From an uncultured delta proteobacterium (GTDB lineage: Bacteria; Myxococcota; UBA727; VGSZ01), in contig CAVZJB010000004.1 in NCBI GenBank assembly GCA_963775425.1, positions 544,001 to 608,000 on the forward strand: 64,000 nucleotides of DNA, written 5' to 3'. The position numbers were made by a program, and so were the translations under genes. Position 1 is the stretch's first letter. Each line of letters begins with the position of its first letter. The notes under the pieces were generated by a model that worked only from the letters and a program-made list of their open reading frames with translations, was not told the DNA's origin and did not search any database. Shown one piece after another: positions 46,475-56,305 of this stretch.

Positions 46475-46990
46475 ATGACCGACGAACTCAAGCGACACCC
46501 GCGCGTGCGAAACCTCGACGAGGTCGAGCCCCACGAGCTCGGCAACGGCAAGCGCTTCGCCTGCCTCGATCGGCGCCTCGGCGTCGCCACCGGCGCGCAC
46601 GCCCTCGGCTGCTCCCACTACGAAGTGGCGCCCGGCAAGACCGCGTTCCCGTTCCACTACCACTGCGCCAACGAAGAGGCCGTGTTCATCCTCGAGGGCG
46701 AGGGCACCATGCGCCTCGGCGAAGAGCGCGTCCCGGTCCGCGCCGGCGACTACATCGCGATGCCCACCGGACCGGACACCGCGCACCAGCTCGACAACAC
46801 CGGCGGCGGCGCCCTCAAGTACCTCTGCATGTCCACGCTCATCCCCGTCGACGTCGTCGGCTACCCGGACAGCAAGAAGAAGGCCGCGAGCGCCGCCGCC
46901 TCCCTCGAGGACGCCTGGGCCGGCAAGCGTTGGGTCCGGCACATCTGGCGCGACGGCCCATCCGCCGGCTACTACGACGGCGAGGAATGA
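46475..46990 (+). CDS. Cupin-domain protein
   Basis: [39 protein letters not shown]. Confidence 0.9.
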   Translation: MTDELKRHPRVRNLDEVEPHELGNGKRFACLDRRLGVATGAHALGCSHYEVAPGKTAFPFHYHCANEEAVFILEGEGTMRLGEERVPVRAGDYIAMPTGPDTAHQLDNTGGGALKYLCMSTLIPVDVVGYPDSKKKAASAAASLEDAWAGKRWVRHIWRDGPSAGYYDGEE

Positions 46991-46993
46991 ATC

Positions 46994-48787
46994 ATGCGCG
47001 GCGCTGAGCTCATCGGTGACGTCCTCGACCAACACGGCGTGCGCTGTCTCTTCACGCTGTGCGGCGGGCACATCTCGCCCATCCTGGTGGCGGCCAAGAA
47101 GCGCGGCATCCGCGTCGTCGACGTGCGCGACGAGGTCACCGCGGTGTTCGCCGCCGACGCGGTGGGGCGCCTGACCGGCGTGCCCGGCGTCGCCGCGGTG
47201 ACGGCGGGGCCCGGCTGCACCAACACCATCACGGCGATGAAGAACGCGCAGATGGCGGAAAGCCCGGTGGTCCTCCTCGGCGGCGCCACCGCCACGATGT
47301 TGCGCGGCAGGGGCGCGCTGCAGGACATCGATCAGCTCGCGCTCTTCGCGCCATGCACCAAGTGGACCGCGCGCGCCACCAAGGCGCGCGAGCTCCCGTC
47401 GCTCCTCACAGAGGCGTTCTTTCGCGCCAAGCAGGGCGTCCCCGGCCCCGTCTTCCTCGAGTGCCCCGTCGACCTCCTCTACGACCCCGAGCTCGTGCGC
47501 TCCTGGTACGTGCAGAAGGGCGGCGGCAAGAGCATCCAGGAGCGCGCCCTCGCGCTGTATCTCAGGCGCCACGTCGACTCGCTGTTCGACGGGCTCGACG
47601 AGGCCCGCGCGACCACGCCGGTGATCCCGGAGGTGCGCACGCCGCCCCACCACCGGGTGCGAAGCGCGGCCGAGGCGTTCCGCAAGGCCGAGCGCCCCGT
47701 CATCGTCGTCGGCAGCCAGGCGCTCGCGGAGCCCTCCCGCGCCGCCGACGTCGCGCGCGCGCTCGAGGGCATCGGCGCGCCCGTGTACCTCTCGGGCATG
47801 GCGCGCGGCCTCCTCGGCCGCCACGCCGCGCTGCAGGTCCGGCACAAGCGGCGCGACGCGCTCAAGGAGGCCGACGTCGTCCTCCTCGCGGGTACGCCCG
47901 CCGACTTTCGCCTCGACTACGGCCGCCACATCTCGCGCAAGGCCACGTACATCGCCGCCGGCCGCGACAACGCCGCGCTCCACAAGAACCGCTGGCCGCA
48001 GATCGCCGCCGCCGGCGACGCGGGCGCCTTCCTCGTCGCGCTCTGCGCCGAGCTCGGCGGCGCCGTCGCCGCGTCGACGCCCGCACCCGATCGCCCCGCC
48101 GACGCGCCGTCGACGGCGGTGGCGTCGCTGTCGCGGTACGCGCCGTGGGTCGCGCGCCTCAAGGAGCGCGACGCCGCCCGCGACGCCGGCATCGCCGGCG
48201 ACGCCCACGTGCCCGGCGTCGACGGCGTCAACCCGCTCGCCTTTTGCCGCGCGCTCGAGGAGGCCATGGACGAGGACGCCGTCATCGTCGCCGACGGCGG
48301 GGACTTCGTCGCCACCGCGAGCTACATCGTGCGGCCGCGCGCTCCGCTGTCGTGGCTCGATCCCGGCGTGTTCGGCACGCTCGGCGTCGGTGCAGGCTTC
48401 GCCCTCGGCGCCAAGATGCTGCGGCCGGCGCGCGAGCTGTGGGTGGTCTTCGGCGACGGCGCCTTCGGCTGGTCCATGGCGGAGCTCGACACCTTCGCGC
48501 GCCACGGCGTCCCCGTCATCGCCGTCATCGGCAACGACGCCGGCTGGACGCAGATCGCGCGCGAGCAGGTGGAGATGCTCAAGGACGACGTCGGCTGCGT
48601 GCTCGCGCGCACCGACTACGACCAGGTCGGCGTCGCCCTCGGCGGCCACGGCGTGCGCATCGAGACCGACGACGACGTCACCGCCGGCCTCGTGCGCGCC
48701 AAGGAGCTCGCGCGCACGGGCAAGCCGGTGGTGGTCAACGTCCACCTCGGAAAGACCGCGTTCCGCAAGGGCTCCATCTCGATGTGA
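46994..48787 (+). CDS. ThDP-dependent enzyme, ILVBL/HACL2 (acetolactate-synthase-like) type
   Basis: [57 protein letters not shown] ThDP motif, FRKGSISM C-terminus. Confidence 0.88.
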   Translation: MRGAELIGDVLDQHGVRCLFTLCGGHISPILVAAKKRGIRVVDVRDEVTAVFAADAVGRLTGVPGVAAVTAGPGCTNTITAMKNAQMAESPVVLLGGATATMLRGRGALQDIDQLALFAPCTKWTARATKARELPSLLTEAFFRAKQGVPGPVFLECPVDLLYDPELVRSWYVQKGGGKSIQERALALYLRRHVDSLFDGLDEARATTPVIPEVRTPPHHRVRSAAEAFRKAERPVIVVGSQALAEPSRAADVARALEGIGAPVYLSGMARGLLGRHAALQVRHKRRDALKEADVVLLAGTPADFRLDYGRHISRKATYIAAGRDNAALHKNRWPQIAAAGDAGAFLVALCAELGGAVAASTPAPDRPADAPSTAVASLSRYAPWVARLKERDAARDAGIAGDAHVPGVDGVNPLAFCRALEEAMDEDAVIVADGGDFVATASYIVRPRAPLSWLDPGVFGTLGVGAGFALGAKMLRPARELWVVFGDGAFGWSMAELDTFARHGVPVIAVIGNDAGWTQIAREQVEMLKDDVGCVLARTDYDQVGVALGGHGVRIETDDDVTAGLVRAKELARTGKPVVVNVHLGKTAFRKGSISM

Positions 48788-48835
48788 GCCGCGCCCCGCG
48801 CGCCGCCGGCGCAGCGCGGCCCATCAAGCGGCCAA

Positions 48836-49315
48836 TCAAGCGGCTGACGGCGACGACGTCGTGCTCGAGCGCTCCGCCGTCCGCGCATAGGTCTTCAGCG
48901 TGCGCTCGGCGGTGAAGTAGCGCTCGAGGTTCCTCTCGAGCGTGACCAGGCCGTCCTTCAGCGCGGCGCCGATGCGGCTCGGCGGCGGACATTCGGCGGC
49001 GATCCGGCGCGCGTCGGCGACGAGCTCGCGGATGGCGACGTGGTCGCGGATGTGGTCCTCGAGGAGGACATCGCCGTCCGGCGTGCCCGCGAACGGGTGC
49101 ACGGTGGCCTCCGCGACGGCGGCATGCCGGAAGATCTCGTCCTTCAGGCGCAGCAGCGCGTGCATGAGCGAGCGGGCGAACAGCGCCGGGACGTCGACGG
49201 CGTGGGCCACCTTCCATCCCAGGTTCTCGAGCCGCGGCAGCTCTTCCTCGAACGCGCGGTGGTAGCGCTCGACGAGCAGGTGGCAGGTGGCGGACACGGT
49301 GGGCTCAGCGATCAT
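48836..49315 (-). CDS. Hemerythrin-like (Ric/ScdA-related) domain protein, degenerate
   Basis: ATG overlaps the upstream stop; ERYHRAFEEELPRL..KVAH; FRHAAVAE; RDH; PP..R..LVTLERNL. Confidence 0.6.
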   Translation of the reverse strand: MIAEPTVSATCHLLVERYHRAFEEELPRLENLGWKVAHAVDVPALFARSLMHALLRLKDEIFRHAAVAEATVHPFAGTPDGDVLLEDHIRDHVAIRELVADARRIAAECPPPSRIGAALKDGLVTLERNLERYFTAERTLKTYARTAERSSTTSSPSAA

Positions 49316-50038
49316 CTTCCCTCCGGAGCCTTGGCCCGGAAGACCGGGGCGGGCGGCAGGTGTCTGAAGAACCATGTGGAGGCGGCGCGACCGAGGGTCG
49401 CGATGGAGCCCGGCTCGTCGAGGCAGGTGCTGGCCCCGGGGATGAGGAGCATCCGGCTTTGCGGCGGAAGGAGACGCAGGCAGTCGCGGCTTTGGTGCGC
49501 GAGGTCGAGGTCGCGACCGCCGATGCACAGGAGCGACGGGGCGCGGACCTTGTGGAGGATCGGCCGCGCGAGGTCGGCGCGGCCGCCGCGGGTGACGACC
49601 GTGCCGACGATGGCGGGCCGCCACGCGGCGGCGACGAGGGCGGCGGCGCCGCCGGTGCCGACGCCGTAGACGCCCACGGGCAGCGGCGCGAGGCGCGCGT
49701 CTGCGCGAACGTGGTCGAGGACCGACGCGAGCCGGCGACCGAGGAAGCCGATATCGAAGCCCAGCGCCCCCCGCTGGGCATCGGCATCGGCTTCCTCGGT
49801 CGTGAGCAGAATCGAGCACCAGCACCCCCAGACCGCGCGCGATCAGCGCCCCCGCCATGGCGTGGCTCTGCGCGGTCGCTCTGCCGTCGCTCTGGGCGAA
49901 GACGACGACCCCCCGTGCCCGGTCCGGCAGCCCCAGGTCTGCGCCGAGCACACCGTCGTCCACGGCCAGTGCGATGCTCTCTCCGATCACCTCACGCCTC
50001 CCCCCGAAGGGCGGTGAGCCCTTCCCCCTGTGTGTCAT
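49312..50038 (-). CDS. Dienelactone-hydrolase-like alpha/beta protein, +1 frameshift at about 49807-49813
   Basis: ARGVVVFA, [shift] DLLTTEE..FDIGFLGRRL, GVYGVGTGGAAAL, VVTRGGRADLA..KVRAPSLLCIGGRD; span is 3n+1. Confidence 0.7.
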
Positions 50039-50220
50039 GTCCCGGGCTCCATCGCCGACAGCGCCCCCGGCGCGCTGCGCCCCTTGGCCGGCGTGAGCTC
50101 GACGATCTGCGGCTGCCATTTGAACGTGACTTCCTTCTCAAGCATGATTCTCGCGGCTTCCTCTGGACTTATGATGTCAATTCTCACTCCAAAGACTCGC
50201 TCCAAAATCACTGTGAGCAT
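50035..50220 (-). CDS. Small hypothetical protein
   Basis: GGAGG RBS before ATG 50220; its stop overlaps the next ATG (ATGA); lower GC than neighbours. Confidence 0.5.
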   Translation of the reverse strand: MLTVILERVFGVRIDIISPEEAARIMLEKEVTFKWQPQIVELTPAKGRSAPGALSAMEPGT

Positions 50221-50421
50221 GGCGCTCACCTCCCCCCATGGCGCGACCTCCCCCGAGAGCGCCGCCGGCCCCGCTCGCCCGGAGGGCGAGCCGAAGGTGT
50301 CGATCGCTGCACAGCTCCTTCACTCGTCTCCCGGAGCTCAATCGATCGTCATTCGCTGAGAAATTCCCCTTCAAAGTCACCTCGAAACAACCGTGCGCCG
50401 CCCAGGTCGGCATTCCCGAAG

Positions 50422-50437
50422 TGCAACTGGCGCGCCC
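50422..50437 (-). promoter_or_regulatory. Candidate sigma54 (-24/-12) promoter
   Basis: Minus strand GGGCGCGCCAGTTGCA has correct GG-N10-GC spacing with TTGCA; near-palindrome CGCAACGTTTGCG at 50511-50523 further upstream. Confidence 0.4.
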
Positions 50438-50686
50438 GCCCCAAAGCGCCGTGGGAACGCGAAGCGTGCCCCCCTTTGTGCGCATGCCTGAGGCGAGCCT
50501 GTGGAGTTCACGCAACGTTTGCGCGACTGATCGACGACGCCGTCCCTGGGCCGTCGTTGCGCCGTCCCGGCCGCCGACCGGCCTCGCGGTCGACGCCGCG
50601 GCCGCGAGGCCCTCGCGTCGCGGCGCGCCGAGCCGTTCCCGCCCCTGCAAAAACGCTGGCGTCCTCGGCGCACTGTCCCCAGGCGC

Positions 50687-51472
50687 TCACCCCACGACGA
50701 CACGGTCGTCGAGGTCGACGCCGACGGGCGCGTGGTCGGAGCCCTTCACGGCGCTCTCGATGCACGCGCCGGTGAGGAACGGCATCAGGCCGGGGCTCGC
50801 CAGCACGAGGTCGATGCGCCACCCGATGTTCTTGTCCCGCACGCCGACGCGCGTCGACCACCATGAGTAGTGGTGGGGCCCCTTCTCGAAGTGGCGGAAC
50901 GTGTCCACCCAGCCGTTTTTCAACCAGCGATCGAGCTCGGCGCGCTCCTCGGGCAGGAAGCCCGAGGTCCTCTGGTTCTGGCGCGGGCGCGCGAGGTCGA
51001 TGTCCTGGTGGGCCGTGTTGATGTCGCCCATGACGAGGATGCGGCCGCCGCGGCGCTTCTCCTCCTCGAGGCGGTCGTACAGCGCGCGCGAGAAGGCGAG
51101 CTTGTACGGCACGCGGCTGTTGTCGCGCTCTTTGCCGTTTCCGTTGGGCACATAGACGTTCACCACGCAGAGCGCGCCGAAGCGGGCGATCTGCACCCGC
51201 CCCTCGGGGTCGAACGCCTCGCCGAGCGCGGTGGTGACGCTGTCGGGCGGCCGGCGCGACAGGAGCCCCACCCCGGAGTAGCCCTTCCGCTGCGCGGGCG
51301 AGATGTGCACGTGCAGCCCCTTGAGCTTGTTCAGCTCGACGGAGAGCTGCTCGGGGTGCGCGCGCACCTCCTGAACGCCGACGACGTCGGCGGCGCTCGC
51401 CTTGAGCCACCGGGTGAAGCCCTTCTTCATGATCGACCGCAAGCCGTTCACGTTCCACGAGCGCACGCGCAT
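50687..51472 (-). CDS. xth: Exodeoxyribonuclease III / AP endonuclease
   Basis: SWNVNGLRS, VQEVRA, KGYSGVG, YVPNG, GDINTAH, YSWWS.R..NIGWRID, SDHAPV. Confidence 0.95.
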   Translation of the reverse strand: MRVRSWNVNGLRSIMKKGFTRWLKASAADVVGVQEVRAHPEQLSVELNKLKGLHVHISPAQRKGYSGVGLLSRRPPDSVTTALGEAFDPEGRVQIARFGALCVVNVYVPNGNGKERDNSRVPYKLAFSRALYDRLEEEKRRGGRILVMGDINTAHQDIDLARPRQNQRTSGFLPEERAELDRWLKNGWVDTFRHFEKGPHHYSWWSTRVGVRDKNIGWRIDLVLASPGLMPFLTGACIESAVKGSDHAPVGVDLDDRVVVG

Positions 51473-51621
51473 GCGCGGGAGCTACGGGCGCCGGGCCCGC
51501 CGGGCAAGCCCCGTGGCGGCCCGCAGCCGCTCCGGCAATTTACGACGCAGATCCAGGGGGTTGAGCATCGAAGCCCGACAGTTTCTGACGGGTTTCGGCC
51601 TATAGGGTGAGGACTTCATCG

Positions 51622-52242
51622 ATGCTCGACACCAACGCTTCCGTCGCCGCCCCCTGCCCTTCCCGCTCCCTCGACGCCCTGGCTCTCGCCGCGCGCAAGA
51701 AGGTCCCCGGCGCCGAGGAGGCGCTGGTGCAGGCGCTGCTCGTGAAGCTCCGCCCCATCGTCCGCTACCGCGTGCACACCTCCGCCCGTGGGGCGCTCTC
51801 GCAGGCCGACGTCGACGACGTCCTGCAGGACGTGGTGCTCCTCGTGTGGCAGCGGGACCTGCCGGTGTTCGACCCGAGCAAGAGCGGCTTCCTCACGTTC
51901 GCCAACCGGCGCCTGCGCTGGCACCTCGCCGACTGCGCCCGCCGCGCCCGGCGCAGCGCGGGCGACGAGGTCGACGACATCGAGCTCGAGGCCGTCGTCG
52001 ACGTCGACCGCGACCCGGAGGCGCTCCTCGACCTGCACCGCGCGGAGGTCGTGCTCCGGGACATGGAGCGCGCCATCGGCGGCGCCGATCGCTCCGCCCG
52101 CGAGGTGCTCGTGCGCCACGACCTGCGCGGCGCCACCCTGATGGAGGTCGCCAAGGAGCTGCACATCCACGTCTCCAACGCGTGCCGCGCGCGCCAGCGC
52201 GGCCTGCGTCACCTCGCCCGCCACCTGGAGGCCCTCGTCTGA
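51622..52242 (+). CDS. ECF-type sigma-70 factor
   Basis: DVDDVLQDVVLLVW..FDPSKSGFLTF (region 2); TLMEVAKELHIH..CRARQRGLRHL (region 4). Confidence 0.82.
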   Translation: MLDTNASVAAPCPSRSLDALALAARKKVPGAEEALVQALLVKLRPIVRYRVHTSARGALSQADVDDVLQDVVLLVWQRDLPVFDPSKSGFLTFANRRLRWHLADCARRARRSAGDEVDDIELEAVVDVDRDPEALLDLHRAEVVLRDMERAIGGADRSAREVLVRHDLRGATLMEVAKELHIHVSNACRARQRGLRHLARHLEALV

Positions 52243-52273
52243 CGAGCTCCTGCGCGGGATACAGTCGGCGTCC

Positions 52274-53023
52274 ATGGACCTCCGCGAGCGCGCCGGCGGC
52301 GCTCACACGGCGCGCCACCCCTGGGAGACCGCCCGCGCGGCCTTCTTCCTGCGCGTGCTCCGCGAGACGCGCATGGATTTTCGCGCGGTCCTCGACGTCG
52401 GCGCCGGCGACGGCTACCTCGCCGCACGGATGCGCGACGAGCTGCTCGCGCCGGGCGCGCGCCAGGTGCTCTGGGACAGCGAGTACAGCGCCGCCGACCT
52501 CGCCGCGCTCGCGCGCGCGGGCCTCACCGCGACCCGCGAGCGCCCCGTGGGCCCCTTCGATCTGCTCCTGCTCGCCGACGTCCTCGAGCACGCCGACGAC
52601 GCCGCGGCCCTGCTCGCGGGCGCCCTCGCCGTCTCCGCGCCCGGCGCGCACGTCCTCGTCAGCGTCCCCGCCTGGCCGGCGCTCTGGTCAACCCACGACG
52701 TCGCCCTGCGCCACCGCCGCCGCTACCGCGCGCGCGAGGCCCGTGCGCTCCTCGAGGGCGCCGGCCTCACGGTGCGCGAGCACGGCGGCGTGTTTCACTC
52801 GTTGATGCTCCCGCGCGCCGCCGCCGTCGTCGCCGAGCGCCTGGCCGGCCGTCGCGCGGACGGCGACGCGGGGCCCGGCGTCGGCGCCTGGCGCGGCGGA
52901 CGCCTCACCTCCGCGCTCGTCTCCGGTGCGCTGCGAGCCGAGCAGCGCCTGCTCGCGCGCCCGCTGTCCCGGCGCGGCGTCGACATCGCCGGACTGTCAT
53001 GGTGGGCGCTCGCGCATCGCTGA
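52274..53023 (+). CDS. Class I SAM-dependent methyltransferase
   Basis: RHPWETARA, VLDVGAGDG, LADVLEH, SVPAWPALWSTHD..HRRRY. Confidence 0.88.
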   Translation: MDLRERAGGAHTARHPWETARAAFFLRVLRETRMDFRAVLDVGAGDGYLAARMRDELLAPGARQVLWDSEYSAADLAALARAGLTATRERPVGPFDLLLLADVLEHADDAAALLAGALAVSAPGAHVLVSVPAWPALWSTHDVALRHRRRYRAREARALLEGAGLTVREHGGVFHSLMLPRAAAVVAERLAGRRADGDAGPGVGAWRGGRLTSALVSGALRAEQRLLARPLSRRGVDIAGLSWWALAHR

Positions 53024-53048
53024 GGTCATCGAGCAAACGGCGGAAGGC

Positions 53049-53783
53049 TCACCGGCGCCGGGCGAGGATCCTGGCGACGTCGACGGCGGCGTGGACCATG
53101 TCGCGGGTCTTGAGCTTGGAGCCCGCCACGTCGCGCCAGGCGCCGAGCGGGACCTCGACGATGCGGGCGGCGCGCGCCTCCCGCTCGCGCCCGGAGCTGC
53201 GTCCGAGGACGCGATCGAGCAGATCGACGTCGAACACCCACGGTGAGCGAAAGGGCTCCGCCAGCGCCGCGCGCAGCTCGTCGTCGACGCGGAAGGCCTT
53301 GGCGCCGCACTGCGTGTCGTAGACCGGGACCCCGAGCGCGAGCGACGCCACCGTGGCGAACACGCGGCCGGCGTAGTGCCGGCGGGCGCGCCGCTCGATC
53401 TGCGCCCCGAGGCGCGCCACGCGCGAGCCGAGCGCGGCGAGCAGCTCGGGGCGCTCGCGCAGCAGGTCGAGGAGCCGCAGCATCTCCCCGGGCGGCGTGG
53501 CGAAATCAGCGTCGAGGTAGCCGACCACGGCGGCGCCGGCGTCGACGCCCGCGCGCAGGCCGACGCGCACCGCCTCGGCCTTGCCGCGGTTCTCGGACAG
53601 CGCCACGACGTGGACGCGGCGGCCGTGGCGCTCCTCGTACGCGCGCAGCAGCTTGAGCGTGTGATCGCGCGAGCCGTCGTCGACGAGCACCAGCTCGACG
53701 TCGGGATCTTCGAGCAGCCTGTCGAGCGCGCGCTCGTCGAGCCGCTGCTCCTCGTCGAAGCAGGGGACCGTCAGCGAGATCAC
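53049..53783 (-). CDS. Glycosyltransferase family 2 (polyprenol-phosphate glucosyltransferase-like)
   Basis: VPCFDEEQRL, VDDGSRD, NRGKAEAVR.G, YLDADFATP, YDTQCGAK. Confidence 0.9.
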   Translation of the reverse strand: MISLTVPCFDEEQRLDERALDRLLEDPDVELVLVDDGSRDHTLKLLRAYEERHGRRVHVVALSENRGKAEAVRVGLRAGVDAGAAVVGYLDADFATPPGEMLRLLDLLRERPELLAALGSRVARLGAQIERRARRHYAGRVFATVASLALGVPVYDTQCGAKAFRVDDELRAALAEPFRSPWVFDVDLLDRVLGRSSGREREARAARIVEVPLGAWRDVAGSKLKTRDMVHAAVDVARILARRR

Positions 53784-53793
53784 GGCGCGCGCG

Positions 53794-55056
53794 TCACGGC
53801 GCGTCGAGCGAGATGACGCGCGCGGTGGCGGAGATGTCTTCGCCGGCGAAGCCGCCCGCGAGGAGCGCGTGGGCGTCGTCGATGCGGGTGAGCGTGAACG
53901 AATACTCGGCGCCGCCGACGTCGGAGAGCACGGGCACGGCGCTCTGGGTGGCGTAGTCCCACGCCTCGCACGACGATGCGTCGACGCCGCCGCACACGAG
54001 CGACAGACACGACAGCGCCACGGACTCGCAGGCGTAGCGCGGCGTGGCGAGGGCGCCCGCGTGGTGCCAGCCGTTGTCGGTGGGGTCGAAGGCCTCGACG
54101 TCGTCGAGGGTGCCCGGGCCGTTCAGGCCCCCGAAGAACAGGCCGCGGCCGTCGCCGTCGACGGACGCGCAGGCGGAGCGGCGCGGGCCGGGGATGGCGG
54201 CGAGCGGCGCGGCGCGGCCGTCGGCGAAGATCATGTCGGCGTCGTCGAGCGACGACGTGAAGTAGCCGCCCGCCATGACGACGCGGCCGTCGCCGAGGCC
54301 GAGCGCGGTGTGCGCGCCGCGCGGCTCGGAGATGGTGCCGGACGCGGCGACGAGAGAGTCGTCGGAGGCGTCGAAGAGCAACACCTCGTCGGGGTAGGCC
54401 TCCGCGTTGTCGCGGCCGCCGAACACGACGACGGTGCCGCCGCCGACGGCGACGGCGGAGAGGCCGGACCGCGGCTCGGGCATGTCGGGACCTGCGCTCC
54501 ACGTCTCGTTCTGCGGGTCCCAGATCTCGGTGCTGGCGAGGTCGCCGTTGTCGTCGGGGGTGGCGGAGTCGTTGTTGAAGCCGCCAAAGGCCACGGCGCG
54601 GCCGTCGTCGAGGGCGACGAGCGCGAGGTCGTAGCGCGCCTGCGCCAGGGATCCCGTGGGGGTGAACGTCTTCGTGGCGGGGTCGAAGAGCGCCGCGCTG
54701 GTGACGCTCTCGTAGGTGTCGTCGTGGCCGCCGGCGAGGAGCACCCGGCCGTCCGCGAGGAGCGCGGCGGCGTGGCGCGTGCGCGCGCTGTCCATGGCGA
54801 TGGGCGCGCCGGCGTGGACGACGACGGCGCCGCCGCAGACCTCGGCGCTCACGTCGCCCTCGCCCTCGCCCTCGCCCGCCTCGCCTTCGCCTTCGCCGAC
54901 GTCACCCTCGCCCTCGGCGGCGTCGCCCTCCCCTTCGCCGACGTCGATGCTGCGGTCGGGGCGGCCGAAGAGGAACGCGTCGTCGCAGGCTCCCGCCAGC
55001 GGCAGGAGGAACGCGAGGACGAGCGACGAGGCGAGCGGGCGAGCACGACGGAGCAT
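53794..55056 (-). CDS. Kelch-repeat lipoprotein with GEGEG linker
   Basis: LAGAC lipobox; R..H.A.LL.DGRVLLAGG..FDP..TF..TG kelch repeats. Confidence 0.88.
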   Translation of the reverse strand: MLRRARPLASSLVLAFLLPLAGACDDAFLFGRPDRSIDVGEGEGDAAEGEGDVGEGEGEAGEGEGEGDVSAEVCGGAVVVHAGAPIAMDSARTRHAAALLADGRVLLAGGHDDTYESVTSAALFDPATKTFTPTGSLAQARYDLALVALDDGRAVAFGGFNNDSATPDDNGDLASTEIWDPQNETWSAGPDMPEPRSGLSAVAVGGGTVVVFGGRDNAEAYPDEVLLFDASDDSLVAASGTISEPRGAHTALGLGDGRVVMAGGYFTSSLDDADMIFADGRAAPLAAIPGPRRSACASVDGDGRGLFFGGLNGPGTLDDVEAFDPTDNGWHHAGALATPRYACESVALSCLSLVCGGVDASSCEAWDYATQSAVPVLSDVGGAEYSFTLTRIDDAHALLAGGFAGEDISATARVISLDAP

Positions 55057-55202
55057 CGCGGGAGCATGACGGCGGCGCGGTCGAGGTCAATGCAGTCCCG
55101 CGTGACTCCAATCGCCGCGCGGGTTGCGCGCCGGGGCCGTTTCCACGATGAACGGCGCGCGGCGAAGCGCGTCGTCGACGTGCGCAGGGTGGCAAGGATC
55201 AG

Positions 55203-56267
55203 ATGACCCGGAAGAAGCGGCGCAAGCTCACGCGACACCCGAAGGACGTGGTGCTCCTGCAGCTCGCGCTGCTGCTGATGCACGGCGAGGGGCTCAGCTA
55301 CGAGCGGCTCGAGAGCGAATTCCTCCTGAAGCGCCGCTCCGCCGAGCGCTACGTGCGGCACCTGCGGGACGCAGGCCTGCCCGTCGTCGCCGCGCGGGAG
55401 GACAGGAAGGCCATCTTCACGCTCGACCCGGGGCGCGCGCGGCTCGACCTCGAGGCCATCGACGTCCCGCTGCACGCGGCGCGGTCGCTGTCGCTCTTGT
55501 TCGTGGCCGCGCAGTTGCTGCCGCGCTCGCTCGGCATCAAGGAGGCGGTGGATCGCACGGTGCGCGCGTCGCTGCGCTTGAGCGGGCTCAAGGCCGCCGC
55601 CGAGCTGCGTCGCCTCGAGGACGCGGTGGTGGTGCTGGAGAACGACGCCAAGGATTACCAGGGGAAGGCGGAGGTCTTTCAGGCCCTCGTCGACGCCGTG
55701 CTCGAGGGGCGCCGCGTGCGCGTGCTCTATCGCTCCCCGAAGAAGAAGCAGCCCGCGGAGGAGACGTTCTTCGCCGCGAGCATCGGCTTGTACAAGGGCG
55801 GGCTCTACGTGCTCGCCGTCCCGCCCGGCGACGACGGCGGCGCGCCCGTGTGGCGCGCGCTCGAGCGCGTCGAGGGCATGCCCGTGGTCGACGGCAAGAG
55901 CCGCATCCCGACGGCGGTGCGCCAGCGCGCGCTCGACGAGGCGCGGCGCCGCTGGGGGCCCGCGCGCCCCAAGGGAAAGGCGCAGGTGATCACGCTGCAC
56001 TTCAGCGAGGCGGCGGCGCCGTACGTGCTCGCGCGGCCGTGGCACGTGGAGGCCGACGTCGAGCCCTGGCCCGGTGGCGGGCTGCGCATGTCGCTTCGCC
56101 TCTCGGGGGCCACGGAGATGTTCGAGTCCTGGGTGAAGTCGTGGGGCTCCGAGGTCCAGGTGCTCCGCCCGAAGGAGATGGCCGAGCGCATCGCCGGCGA
56201 GCTCGCCGACGCCGCGCGGATGCACAAGGACGCGAGCGCGGCCTTCGAGCGCGAGCTCGCGTCGTAG
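55203..56267 (+). CDS. WYL-domain transcriptional regulator (HTH-WYL-WCX)
   Basis: N-terminal HTH RRSAERYVRHLRDAG; LVDAVLEGRRVRVLYRS..GLYVLA..ALERV (WYL); PWH..ESWVKSWGSEVQVLRP (WCX). Confidence 0.88.
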   Translation: MTRKKRRKLTRHPKDVVLLQLALLLMHGEGLSYERLESEFLLKRRSAERYVRHLRDAGLPVVAAREDRKAIFTLDPGRARLDLEAIDVPLHAARSLSLLFVAAQLLPRSLGIKEAVDRTVRASLRLSGLKAAAELRRLEDAVVVLENDAKDYQGKAEVFQALVDAVLEGRRVRVLYRSPKKKQPAEETFFAASIGLYKGGLYVLAVPPGDDGGAPVWRALERVEGMPVVDGKSRIPTAVRQRALDEARRRWGPARPKGKAQVITLHFSEAAAPYVLARPWHVEADVEPWPGGGLRMSLRLSGATEMFESWVKSWGSEVQVLRPKEMAERIAGELADAARMHKDASAAFERELAS

Positions 56268-56305
56268 TCCCCGCGACGCTCGCGCGCCGGGGAGCGCCGC
56301 CCCCC

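Noticed and set aside
13511-49813. Programmed ribosomal frameshifting or true pseudogenes at CAGAATC
   Set aside because: The motif occurs in both orientations relative to the genes, has no slippery heptamer, and downstream frames keep normal codon usage; sequencing artefact is more parsimonious
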